From Octopus sinensis (lineage: Eukaryota): a DNA stretch of 49,437 bases. The stretch lies in contig NW_021834863.1 in the NCBI RefSeq assembly GCF_006345805.1, forward strand, positions 1 through 49,437, in the 5' to 3' direction. This document shows positions 13,249 through 25,930 of the stretch, in pieces (the first letter of the stretch is position 1; each line of letters starts with the position of its first letter). Both the position numbers and the translations under genes were made by a program. The notes beneath the pieces are model-generated. The model made no database searches. It was given only the letters and a program-made list of their open reading frames with translations, and had not been told where the DNA came from.

Positions 13249-13869
13249 ACACACACACACACACTAACATACTCACACTCACACATGCATCCAGTAGTGG
13301 GACTGCAGTAGGGAGTTTTCAGGATTTGGGAAGAGTAGAACCACCTCTTAGCCACTGTTGTTCCCAGGTCTCATTTGTCCTGGAATAGTCGTACCTGTTA
13401 TGGTCCCATCAAAGAGTTAACTAGCATGTGAACCACGGGCTTTTGGTTGTCTCAATGTCAGTCGTGCTACTGGTTTTATAATTGGTTGCATTAAAAAGTG
13501 AATTCGTTACCGTGAAACATTTTCTCACTCAAGACGAATTCACGCACAGGAACTTCTTGACTTTTGGAACATTTGCGCGGATTTAATGAGTATAGGAAGT
13601 GATCTTATTCGGTCTCGAGTTGACTTCCACCATAAATATATGCATGCGTGTGTGTTTGTGTGCGTGTGTGTGCGTGGGCGTGTGTATGTATGTATATATG
13701 TATGTATGTATGTATGTATGCATTTATGTGTCTACGTATGTTTTAGATAAAGTCATGAAAAGAAAAGAGAATATTCATTTCCTAAAAAGGACATGCTATA
13801 TTGAATCAAATGTTTCAATTTCAATAGATTTGAAAATATGAAATAAATCGGAACCATTTGCATTTAGAG

Positions 13870-14645
13870 CTACAAGCTAAATTGAAGACCTGTCTAGGTC
13901 TGGAAGGTCACACAATTTCTGTAAAACACAGACATATACTTATAATTTATTTTCAATTCCTCAGGCTTCCAATGTGCTCTGTATCTCCTACAGTTTTATT
14001 CAAAAGTGTCTGAAATCTTTCAGCATGGAAAAAATTTCCTTTGTCAATTGTTCAGAAATTTTCTGAAGATGACAAAGGTGCATGAGCAGTGATGTGTGAA
14101 TACGTAATTGGTTCAATAACCGGTGTTTCAGACTTGCTTAGATTTTATTCAACGATGAACCTTTTATACTGGTGACGCTATCAACAAATATAATAGTCGA
14201 GTATGGGGGCAATGAAAATCCTCTTGAAAACTTGATTATTGCTTTCAATCACCTGTTTGAACAAGTCACATAACATTGTATCTTCCTGGTCCTTATTTTG
14301 TGACAGTGATATGACAAAGGATATTCATTTGGAGTTCCTGAAAAACATCTTGTACCAGATATAAAACAAACATTCTTCAGTATACGGCAATTATTTAATG
14401 CAGAACTCCTAAGATTGGAGATGATTAATCTTTTAGTCGTCTAGGAGTTGTTATTTTATTTCCTTGGGTTTCTTCATTTAGAGCTGTCCTCGTGATCAGG
14501 TCTACGGAAATACAATCGTGTATTAAGCATTTAACGCGGAAAATCGAAGTGATCGAAAGTCAAATCACATTTTGACGAATTCGATTTTAGCAGTTGGAAA
14601 AAATATCTTTTATGTACTAAGAATGGTGGTGAACATGTTGAATCC
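13870..14645 (+). mobile_element. Degenerate Tc1/mariner-superfamily transposase
   Basis: Frameshifted motifs ..EDLSRSGRS.., ILFNDE..INKYNSRVWG.ENP, GPYF..MT...LEFL, FLGFF..QVY, CTKNGGEHVE, resembling ILFSDE..NCRYW..ENP / IGPFFF / NGGHFE. Confidence 0.7.
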
Positions 14646-15398
14646 TATGTTTTACAAAATAACTCGAACAATTTATTATATTTATTATAAGAAATAATCA
14701 CTTTTCACGGTAAATGTATTCATAGATGGATTAAATTGTATAAGGATGCTGAAGGACTTTTGAATCACAATGGAAATTTGATTTCAAACACTAGATGCAT
14801 TGCATAAGTTCGATGATGCAGAGTCTTTGAGATTAAGTTCTGCTGAGTTAAATGTATTTTTCCTCTTCCTTAATTCGATAAGAAAATCACCAATGACAAA
14901 GTAGAGAAAGTTTGAATTACATAACGAACTAAAAAGAAACCTTCAATTTGTTTCTATTACTGACTACACATCAATCTTTTCGCTTGATTTCTGTTTGATG
15001 TTAGAGCTGCATGTGACGCTGTTGAAAATTAAATAATGATTGAACTACCAAATTAATACCAATACATTTTTAATTAATGTTTGATGTGGTGTTTGAAACT
15101 GGAAGAGTTGTGATCTCGATTTAAAGAGGACACCCTAGATGTAAAAGTGTATAGTACTGCGATTTCTTCTTCAATGTACATTATAGAAAAGACTACCTGC
15201 AGAAAGCATCTAAAGAATGCAGTTTTGTAAAGAAAATGTGAGTAAAGCATGGGCTATAGATGGTTTCGCTGTTTGGATAAGAAAATCACAACAACGTGAT
15301 TTAGAATTCGATCTCAGTGTGCGGTAGTTGGTGGTAGTACTCGGTGTGCGTGTGTGTATGTGTGTGTGTTTCACCTATTTCCTCCCGGTCATTCAAAA

Positions 15399-15640
15399 TG
15401 TGACCGCGTGTGTACCATTGGCGATTTTTTAAAAACTTTGTCTTCCCTTCTCTGGATCTTTCCTTCTCCTATGGTTCCGACGAAGAGCTCCGAAGAGCGT
15501 CCAGTAATACTATATTTGTTCCACGTTCTCGCGTTCTTGTGTTTTTTGTACTTTCATGTTTGGATTAACTTAAACTATATATAAATTTCCTCTATTTACA
15601 TAATATTGAGGTCTCTTTCTTTTGTTATCTTACCGTTTTA
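15399..15640 (+). mobile_element. Penelope-pLTR-like repeat with partly deleted hammerhead motif
   Basis: Aligns by eye to the reverse complement of 47893-48100 (gtgaccgcgtgtgta..gatctttcctt.tcctatg.ttc.gacgaagagctccg..gagcgtcca.taa..catgtttggatta). About 40 nt of the ribozyme core is missing. Confidence 0.7.
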
Positions 15641-15714
<74 letters not shown>

Positions 15715-15755
15715 GCATATGTATGAGTAAATTAAGGACAAGCAAGTTAGGCTAG

Positions 15756-15799
<44 letters not shown>

Positions 15800-17399
15800 T
15801 ATACATACATACATAAATACATACATACAAATACTACTTACATACATGAATGTGTGTGTGTGTGTATCTCGCCTATTTAGTCGACGAAAAATATATAAAT
15901 CGGCAAGTAAATCAAGAAGTCGGTGCTTTACTGGCTTGAAATATTCGTTCTCAATCGAATTGCACACTGTTGCTTTTTCTTACCATTTATGAATACAATG
16001 TATCGTTGATTGCCTTGTTAAGAAGCCTTTTGGATAACGATGCTATTATTCACTAGTTGTGTTGTAAAATATAAAATAAATACATGAATTAATCTTAAAT
16101 AATGTAATTGAAAACGAAAGAAAAAATTACTCAAAATGTTGTTTGTTTTATACACCGCGAAGATACCACTGAAATAGTTTGTCGTCGTCGTCGTCATCGT
16201 CGACGTCGTTGTTGTTATTTAGCACAAGGCAGGCCAAGATATAGCAGATTGATGATCAGTCATTCTAAGTATGAAAATCTATCTTTTTGTAATTTAATTT
16301 ACATCAGATTACGATAATTATTATCCACTATGTCCCTTCTTTTTAGGACAAAATATGATATTATTTGAGCGTAATTTATCTGCTATTTCTAGCAGGACAA
16401 ATTACCTTGCTGAAGCTCCTCGCATTGCTTCGAATGTTTTCGTTGCCCAAACTATCTTGATGTTGTTGTTTAATCCTTGGTGAACACTGATCCATCAGAT
16501 CTATGCGCAAATTTATTCCGACCCTAACAATTTCAGCTCTACCGCATCAGATACTGTTCACAAACAGGATGTCGCAGGGCAAATTGCTCCCACAAGGGTG
16601 TCTAATTGTATCGCGGATTAATGTCTTTAAAGCCTTTAAAAAACTCATTTCAATACCTGGGAGTCTTGAAAAACGTGTTATCAGTGTTTTTTTTTATTTC
16701 TATAGCGATGGAGTAGTAGAATCGTCAGAGTATCGGATAAGTTCAAGCCAACAAAAGTGAACTCTGATTTTGCTCCTTTTAAGGTCAATAAAATGCAGTT
16801 CCGATCAAGTAATAGATCGATTTGATCCATTATATCTATGTTAGAAACAATTATCATTTAGTCCCTTCGGGCTTGATAAAATCGTGTACTAATCACTTCC
16901 TCAACATTTCAGACCTTGTAACTATACTACAAATATCTTTTTTAAGCACGATTAATGAACAAGGTAAGCAATAGTTTGTTTTATTTTCGTAATAATTTTA
17001 ACATTAAAACACAAAATTTTTAAAATAATGCGTCGTAATTGTTTTATTCAACCCAGTACACCACAATTCAATCCGGTACACCACAAAATCCAAAAAAAAA
17101 AAGCTAAAAAAGAAAACAATGAGCCACTAATATAATGGGCTTTGTTTAAAGTATCCCTGGGCGGGATTTGAGGAATATTTAGCTGCAGATGTTAGCTGGT
17201 CTCTATTTGTTCCAACGATATATTTTTCTGTAAATCTACAGACGTACCATACAGCCAACCGTCAGTGGCAATCAAATTTGGCTTGGTAACATTTAACTAT
17301 GCTTTCCCTAATTGATTCGAGATGCCTATGTGGCTACGAGCGGACACAGTCCACTTCTCGGCCTCCTCCGCTTTTGACTCATTGGAACATCCAGAGTTT

Positions 17400-17545
17400 T
17401 GATACTCATTACAGCTGGATAGATTAGATCAACGCAAAATGAACAGCCTTACTCAAGGCACAATGAACTGTTCAGTCCAGGAATTGAACAGACATCAATT
17501 ATAATCGTGGACCGAACATTCGCAACCACAAAGCCCCGCTCTTCT
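17400..17545 (-). mobile_element. Degenerate family B SINE
   Basis: tactcattacagctgg..aacgcaaaatgaacagccttactcaaggcacaat..ggaattgaa is the reverse complement of the CORE-like centre and head. Confidence 0.6.
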
Positions 17546-18159
17546 ACAAAACTTGCGATCTGCGTGTGGAACAATTTTTTTTTAAAACTTCATTATATAG
17601 TAAAGAAAAAATGTGTTATCACATCAGTGTCATATCATGAAATCTTGTACATTTTATTTAAGTTTTATATTTATTAAATTTCATTTCTTTAGTTTTTGTC
17701 AAATATCATACGTGTGCGACAATACAAAGTTAATTTTTATTGCATTTCTTTTTCTCATGTTCGTCATGAAACTGGGATATTTTTTATATTTTTGATATAT
17801 ATTTCTTCTTTATTTTTCTTGCCTTTTTTTTTTAATGATGTTTAAGAAATTCCATTGCAGTTTATAATGTCCTCTTTACTTTGTGTGTGCGTCTCTCCAT
17901 GTCACTTGGGGCTTTATCGCCAACGAAGGATCGGTAGCTATTCTGGCTGTAAAAATTTTCTGCACGGCTCAAATTTCGTTTTAACACCAGAAAACCAATG
18001 CGAACAGAACGAATAAGATATTTATGTGCATATCACTCCTTCCTTCCTTCTGTGTTTTTTTATATTTCATCATAATTGTCTTGACACTCACAAACAAAAC
18101 ATTTAGTTAAATACCTTTTTACAAACACAAACATACGTATATACCTACATGTACAGCAT

Positions 18160-18245
18160 ATATATAACATAAAGGCATATATATATATATACATATGCAT
18201 ATAATATGTATGTGCGAGTATATATGTATATGTATGTATATATAT

Positions 18246-18278
<33 letters not shown>

Positions 18279-18396
18279 GTATAATGTATGTATGTATATA
18301 TATATAGATGTGTATGTATGTGTATATATATATATGTATGTGTATATATATTTATGTATATATATATATATATATATATGCATGTATATATAATGT

Positions 18397-18461
<65 letters not shown>

Positions 18462-18534
18462 GTATGTATGTATGTTGTATGTATGTATGTATGTATGTAT
18501 GTATGTATTATGTATGTATGTATGTATGTATATG
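18160..18534. repeat. Compound (TA)n/(TATG)n microsatellite
   Basis: Directly visible. Confidence 0.95.
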
Positions 18535-19452
18535 TAAACTCGGCAGTAGGTCCCGATAAGTTCCTGACCACTGTCGTGAAGATGTGTCGACATCATATTG
18601 CACCACCTCTAGCTGAGCTCTGGAGAAACTCACTTGATGCAGGCTACATTCCTGATCATTTTCTTTCCCAATCTGTCGTTCCAGTCTTCAAAATGTGAAA
18701 CAAATCTCTTCCAGTGAATTACCGTCCGATTTCACTCACTTCTCACATCATTAAATTATTTGAGAGGGTGGTGAGATCGCGAACAACTCACTTCCTCGAA
18801 GAAAACAATCTTCTGAACCCCAACCAGCATGGTTTCTATGATGTTAGGGACTGCCTATCGCAGCTTCTGCACCATTTTGATGACATCTTAAAAGTGTTGG
18901 GAGAAGGCTCCAACACTGACGTCATATACCTTGATTTCAGGAAGGCATTCGACAGAGTGGACCGCAAAATCCTGCTGAAGAAACTGTCCAACATTGGAGT
19001 CCGTGGAAAGCTGCTGCAGTGGATAAAGTGTTTCCTGACGAACAGAATGTAATATGTTGTGTTTGAGGGAATACGATCCAGCTCAGCCAAAGACAGTAGT
19101 GGTGTCCCACAAGGTACTGTGCTGGGCCCACTCCTCTTCATTATTTACATCAACGACATAGTAGATGTCATCAAACATTCTACATTGAAAATATTTGCAG
19201 ATGATTTCAAACTCCAGAAATCCATAAACGGCATGGGAGACCGAACATGACTTCAGTCAGATCTGTTTCCTGTTGTCCATTGAGCGGAAAAAAGCAATGT
19301 GCTTCTAAATGAAAATAAATTTGATTTAATCCACTTTGGAAAAGAGGAAACTCTGAAATTACCATATGCTCTTCTTCCAGACAACTCCCTAGTGTCACCC
19401 AACAACACCTGAGACCTTGGAGTAATTGTTGATAACAATCTAAGCTGTAGTG
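18535..19452 (+). mobile_element. CR1-clade LINE reverse transcriptase fragment (pseudogenised)
   Basis: Reads NYRPISLTSHIIKLFE..NQHGF..YLDFRKAFDRVD..GVPQGTVLGPLLFIIYIND..FADD..DLGVIVD. One reading frame over 18535-19250 with several stop codons. Confidence 0.95.
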
Positions 19453-19664
19453 ACGTGCAATGTCCTGAGCCAGGCGGCTCGACACAACACACGAAGGCGC
19501 GCGTGCGCGCGTGTCTATGTATATCTCGCCCAACTTCGTAGGACACACACAAACAAAAGCATGGTTGAAGTCAAGTGAAAAGGGTGAAAGAAGTATTTTC
19601 ACAACACCTGAGTTTAAACCTACGATCAACTGATTTGACTTTTACAGATAAAATGAAAATTGAT

Positions 19665-19980
19665 GTGGCATCTACTATTACTTCTACTATTCCCTCGGGC
19701 AGCCAAAGTCTTGTGAGTAGATTTGGTAGATGGAAACTGAAAGAATCCCGTCGTATATATCTGTCTGTGTGTGTGTCTTTGTATCTGAGTTTGTCCTTCA
19801 CCACCGCTTAACAACCAATGTTTACGTTCTCATCACGGCAAAAGAGACCGATTGAATAAGTACTAGGCTTAAACAAAAATAAGTCCTGGAATCGATTTGT
19901 TCGACTAAAACTCTTCAAGGCGTGTTCCAGCATGGCCGCAGTCCAATGACTGAAACAAATTAAAGATTAAATAAAGATAA
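19665..19980 (+). mobile_element. Family A (OR-type) SINE, degenerate head
   Basis: cttctactattccctcgggc..gatttggtagatggaaactgaaagaatcccgtcg..ccagcatggccgcagtccaatgactgaaac. Confidence 0.85.
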
Positions 19981-20711
19981 AGTATATCCAAAATTATTCC
20001 CATCAATATCTCCTTCGAAAGCTATGTACGACCCACTCTGTATTTTCCCTTTTCTCTCTCGTTCTATACTTGCTCCCTGTTTTCAAATGCAGGCAAATTC
20101 TTTGAATATACTGCTTCAATATAACTTTATTCATTAACTCCCTATTGCTCTGCAGCTGCATACTAGAAAGCACAAACTGTTGAAACAGGCTTCAAACAGA
20201 TACGGATGAAATATGAAATATGAAATATTAAATGTGCAAATAATATGAGTTTTTCAAAGAAAATTATATTTTCCATAGGCTTCACACCCTTACTCGAAAA
20301 CGGATGAACAAATCTTCAAAGTGCTTTTATAAGAGACAAAAAATATAACTTAGCATCGGTCATAAGAAACATTCGGTCGTGCAACTTTGATCATGACTTG
20401 CGGTATTCAGAGAAAATCATTTTAAACAATACAAGGAGGCACATGGGAATGTATCCGGTTTGCCATCATGGAATATGCAATCAGTAAGAAATGAACGGCA
20501 CCGTATCTGAAAATAGTTTTTCCACCGCACCTTAATGTAAAATAAGAACTAGGCTGCTTTAGTTACTGAAACTGACGTGATCGACTCAACTATTCATGGA
20601 TAAAGCGCAGTATGTATGTATGTATGTATGTATGTATGTATGTATGATGTATGTATGTATGTATGTATGTATGTATGTATGTATGTATGTATGTATGTAT
20701 GTATGGAATAA

Positions 20712-20926
20712 GGTGGCGAGCTAGCAGAAGCGTTAGCACGCTGGGTAAAATGTTTAGCAGCATTTCGTCCGTCTTTACGTTCTGAGTTCAAATTCCGCCG
20801 ACGTCGACTTAACCTTTCGTCCTTTCGGGGTCGATAAAATAAGTACCAATAGAAGAGTGGGGTTGATGTAATCGACTTACTCCTTCTCCCGAAATTGCTG
20901 GCCTTGTGCCAAAATTTGAAACCAAC
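20712..20926 (+). mobile_element. Nin/Deu-domain tRNA-derived SINE (family C) with probable TSD
   Basis: ggtggcgagctagcagaa head, gagttcaaattcc B box, cctttcgtcctttcggggtcgataaaataagtacc core. Flanks atgtatgtatggaat / atgtatatatggaat. Confidence 0.9.
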
Positions 20927-21394
20927 ATGTATATATGGAATTAAGCTATGAAGCCATGAACAGCGCTCAAATATTCACGTTCGAATCTGCCAAAACGTAT
21001 AAAGAATGAACAGGTAAGTTATTGTTTGGATTCTTACTGCTCTGTGTACACCACATGAATTATTATCTGTTTGAACATAGAAGTCAAAACATTGTGTAGT
21101 TATTTTGTATTATACAACACCATTATGTAACACCATGGAATAGTGATTGGGAATCAACAGTACCGCGCTTCTCCTATGTGCGAATATATAAGCATATACA
21201 ATCTCATGTATATACATAACTAAGACTTACACACAAAAGGCAAACACACACAAATATACCTATATACATCGACTATAAACCGGCATAGATATATGGATAG
21301 AAACATATTCGTACAAATACATATATATATACGCATCAATACCACACACAACTATTACTCATGTTTGATTTAAACGTAAAACATCTTACAATAA

Positions 21395-21658
21395 CTATTT
21401 CTTTACTGCCCACAAGAGGCTAAAAATTATTTCTTTATTGCCCACAGGGGGCTAAACACAGAAGGGACAAACAAAGACAGACAAACGGATTAAGTCGATT
21501 ACATCGACCCCAGTGCGTAACTGGTACTTAATTTATCGGCCCCGAAAGGATGAAAGGCAAAGTCGACCTCGGTGAAATTTGAACTCAGAACGTAACGGTA
21601 GACGAAATACGGCTACGCATTTCACCCGGCGTGCTAACGTTTCTGCCAGCTCGCCGCC
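21395..21658 (-). mobile_element. Family C SINE with perfect 18-bp target-site duplication
   Basis: TSD taaaacatcttacaataa at 21377-21394 and 21659-21676; tail segment duplicated internally. Confidence 0.93.
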
Positions 21659-22165
21659 TAAAACATCTTACAATAAAATGAAGCTGCAGTATTCAACAGA
21701 GAAAGAATGCAGAGTACAGGGGTGAGAAAAAGTTTAAAAAATACAGGGAAATGACCAATATAAACTAACAAACTGCTCACACATTCTTGCAGTTCATTCA
21801 CTCATTCTCGTTTGTAAGAACATATTTTAAAAATATATTGAAAAACAAAAAGAAAAGCAAGTAGAAGAAAACGAAAAGCACGCGACAACAACATTCTATC
21901 ACTTTCTGTTTCCACTACTTTCTCTATGGAAAGTTTCAGGATTCATTTATAGCGTATATTTTACATTTTCCTTGTGGCCGTCACTCGAAATCCTTATCGT
22001 TTACAGTGACTGAAAACTCAATGGGACAGCTTCAGGACATAAACAATTTTACTATCAACATCGCTGTTGTGCAAAATACTTTCAATTTCTGTCGACTAAA
22101 CAACATCTTGAAATATATGACACAGGATAGGGAAAGTGTTAAAAAGAAGGTATTGTTTGAGAGAT

Positions 22166-22242
<77 letters not shown>

Positions 22243-22365
22243 CGTGTAAGAATGAGGGAGGACGAAAGGAAAAATTCAAATAAAACAACAACTAAAGGAT
22301 AAAAAATGTTTGAAAACGAGAAAACATCCGTGAATAGAAAATTGAGGAAGAACCAGAAAACTGAA

Positions 22366-22408
<43 letters not shown>

Positions 22409-22620
22409 ATAGAATAATAATTAGGAATAAAACCTCGAAAATTAAATAATAAAGAACAAGTAAATGCTAGACAAAAATAAAAGAAAAAACGAATATCTTG
22501 TTAAATTATATTTTATGGGTACTGTTGCCTAACTTGCTAGCTTCCTGCAAAGCGGTACTTTGTAGGCTGAAAGCTGAAATATTTCCTTAAAATTTCTCCA
22601 CATAATATTTACGTTTGCTT

Positions 22621-22651
<31 letters not shown>

Positions 22652-22681
22652 TATAATATATATATATATATAATATATATA

Positions 22682-22719
<38 letters not shown>

Positions 22720-23468
22720 ATGAAATACAAAGAACCATGAAAAGGCTTATAACATAAATGTCCATATATATATAGACATTTATGACATAAGGCTTTCCAT
22801 TGGTTATTCCTATTTCATTTCAATTCTTCTAGGTAATATTTTATCATTTCTTCGGCAAAATTTTTTTCCCAATTCCTTATTCTTTTTCTATTTTTACACG
22901 ACTCATTCAAGTCATGTTCTCTTAAGTACACATTATTTTTTACCTTTGTCTTAACTTATTTTTCATTCTATCCGTTTTTTTCTTTCTTTTCAGTCATTCT
23001 TCTCTCCTATATTTATCCTTCTCATTCTTTAATATCTTCAAATTCATCTCTTTTTCATTCTTCCATTTTTCCTTTATTCCGACAGCTCGGCATTTGCATA
23101 CATACTAGATACATACACACAAGCACAGAGATATAAACACACACACACACACACACACATACACATATGCATACACACACACATACATACAACACATTCG
23201 CAGCAATTTCTTGTATGCTCACCATGCATTTAAAACAAGGAGCAATTGCAACACACAACGCTATCCACCATAAAATAAGGCTATAAAGAAAAGCATAAAT
23301 AAAAAACAGTTTCATACTGTATAGAATTTCCTACAGAAATAGGTGATTGAATCCGGAAGCACTATCAATACTGTCAGACAAGGCTACAATTGGGATACAG
23401 CACACACGTTACAACAACATTTCCGATGACATAGAAGCCTAACACTCTAAGAGCCTTATTCTAGCGGG

Positions 23469-23500
<32 letters not shown>

Positions 23501-23501
23501 T

Positions 23502-23695
23502 CTTAGCGGTTCGGCAAAACTTAGCGGTTCGGCAAAACTTAGCGGTTCGGCAAAAGAAACCGATAGAATAAGTACTGGGCTTACAAAGAATAAGTCCCGG
23601 GGTAGATTTGCTCGACTAAAGGCGGTGCTTCAGCATGGCCGCAGTCAAATGACTGAAACAAGTAAAAGAGTAAAAGAGTAAAGAGTATATACTCT
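23502..23695 (+). mobile_element. Family A SINE 3' half beginning with an 18-bp triplication
   Basis: (cttagcggttcggcaaaa)x3 at 23502-23555, then the standard tail to gtaaaagagtaaaagag. Confidence 0.9.
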
Positions 23696-23859
23696 ACTAT
23701 CAAAACAGCGATGCAAAAGTTGAAATCCACTTCACACCCTGGAGATGAAGCCGAGGTAGCCTGGAGGCGTTGAGAGAGCCACTGTGGTTGTACTCTCTTG
23801 AAAAATGACGTGAAAGATAAGCTGTGAATGTTTGTGTGTGTGTGTTTATGCGTGTATGT

Positions 23860-25497
23860 CATTACTCAGTTTTATTTCAAGATTTTATACCAACAGAGAA
23901 GGAACCGGTACCCAAGCTAGATCCAAGGCTTCTCCATTGGAATTTCAACAACATCAGCAGGGTATTTTTGCATGTATGTGTGTATATGTGCAGTATCTGG
24001 AGTTAGTGCATGTGCAGATTTGCATGTTTTGTTTTTGATGTATGTATTCTCATGCATATAGTTACATGTCTAGACATGCGTATTTATGCTTAAATGATTA
24101 ACGTCTGGAAAGTTTAACACATTTTAACAGTTCCAGTGGTGGTTTGGACCTGTAGTCTTCGAGTCGGCTTTTTCCTTTCTGGTTTTGAGAAACCTAATTT
24201 CACAAGATTGGTATTTAGGCTGTGTTTCACATATTCCAATGCCCCAATTATTACAGGTATAAACCTAAACTTGTAATCTGGGTAGAGTAACTGCAGGTTT
24301 CTCAATAGCTCAGCATAGGTATATTCTTTTGCGCTGATCTTTAGCTTTACAGATTTTCACATTTCCAGTGATGGATTGGATTTGTAGTCTTCGAATAAGC
24401 TTTCTTCTTTATGGTTTTGAGAAGTCTAATTTCTCAAGACTGGTATGTAGGTAGTGTGTTACATATCACAGTGCCCCAATAATTACAGGTGAACTTGTAA
24501 TCTGGATAGAGTAACTGCAAATTTTTCAATAGTTCAGCGTAGGTATTCTCTTTTTCGCTGATCTTTAGCTTTCTGTTAACATCCGCTTGGCAGCTGATTT
24601 CCACAACTGTACACAGTTTCTGTTCTCTATCTCAAATCATTATGTCAGGTCTATTATGTTTACATTATATTAAGGATTTCACTGGGATATTCCACCTAGA
24701 CTCTTTTTTTTATTATGAGTGACTATGGCTTCCACCCTACTGTGGGTTCTTATTTCTTTGTCCTCGGGTTTATCCATCCGATGGCTCTCTTTATACAGTG
24801 TCCTAGCTACAACATTATGTCTCATCGGTAGATAAAACCATGATGCAATTTTCGAACAACTGATGATGAGGAGGATGATATCTTCGCTGTTAACTCCACA
24901 ATGTCTACATCGGTTGTCACATTTTGCTGCTTGTTCTGCATCTCTGTCCCTTTTAAGTATCAAGTATTTGGTTGACATTTCTTCCTAGCTTGCAAACGCA
25001 TACACTTCAAACTGGAAGGTAGTAATCTTACTGTCGCTCCGTAATAGACTGTTTTGATGATCAATGTTACAATCATCTCGAAGCTTTCTACTAACATATC
25101 CATGCATGATTTTCTGCTGATATACGTTCATCCTTTCATCTGATAATACATTGCGGTAGAGTCGTACGACAGTTTTGGGCATGTATTTAAGATTACCAAG
25201 CAAGGACTGCTGTTCAAGGAGCTGCTTTCCAAGTCTTATGATGTTATTAGTAACATGTATGCAAACTTGGTCAAATGATTCACTTCGACTCTTGGTGGTT
25301 AATAAATGTTGTCGAAGGGATATGATACGACATTCAAAGGAAGTTTGGATTGATGTTAAGCCCCTGCTGTCTTGTTTTCGTTTTAGGTAATGGCGGTCTA
25401 CGTCATAGTTGATGTGGAAATTATGTGTGCTGGTTAGTATTTTCCGGGTTTTCACATCAATGGTTGTGATCTCATCAACTATTCAATGAAGCAGCCC
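23860..25497 (-). mobile_element. 5'-truncated R4/Dong-like REL LINE (second lineage), degenerate
   Basis: IDVKTRKILT..YLKRKQDSRGL (cf. LY.PR..GGRGL); CRHCG..EDI..IISCSKIA...RHNVVA zinc finger; KENTYAELL..LYPDYKF.FIPVIIGAL. 3' UTR with aataaa near 23875. Confidence 0.85.
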
Positions 25498-25619
25498 AAA
25501 TGTATGTATGTATGTATGTATGTATGTATGTATGTATGTATGTATGTATGTATGTATGTATGTATGCATGTATGTATGTGTGTGTAGTTATGTATGTACT
25601 TATATGTATGGAAGATTCT

Positions 25620-25930
25620 GGAGTGTCTTGCGCTTAACCATGGAATTAATACCTATACCAGCTTCCAAACTAGATGCCACTGTTTAGATTGTACCCTTAC
25701 CATCTGGAATAAAAGCCCAATATTATAATCGCTGAAGAGTCAAGGGCTCACAGCTTTTCAATACCTTACTTAAACATCTCAGAGTTCTACGAAAAGTAGT
25801 TGTGAATGTATTCAAATAACATTTAGTCCAATTTTTATCAGAAATAGCAGATGAGACTACTTCAGGGTAGAAAACGCAAATGAAGGTGACATTGTTGAAC
25901 TTTCTCACTCACGAAAGTCAGACATGGAGA
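25620..25930 (+). mobile_element. CR1-like LINE 3' end, degenerate
   Basis: Reads RVKGSQLFNTLLKHLR..VNVFK..FLSEIADETTS, the CR1 ORF2 C-terminus (GP.LFN.LP..F..LD.FL..VPDEP). Confidence 0.7.

Noticed and set aside
22753-22784. 10-bp inverted repeat cataaatgtc/gacatttatg around a TA spacer
   Set aside because: Too short, with no TSD or second copy to call a MITE.
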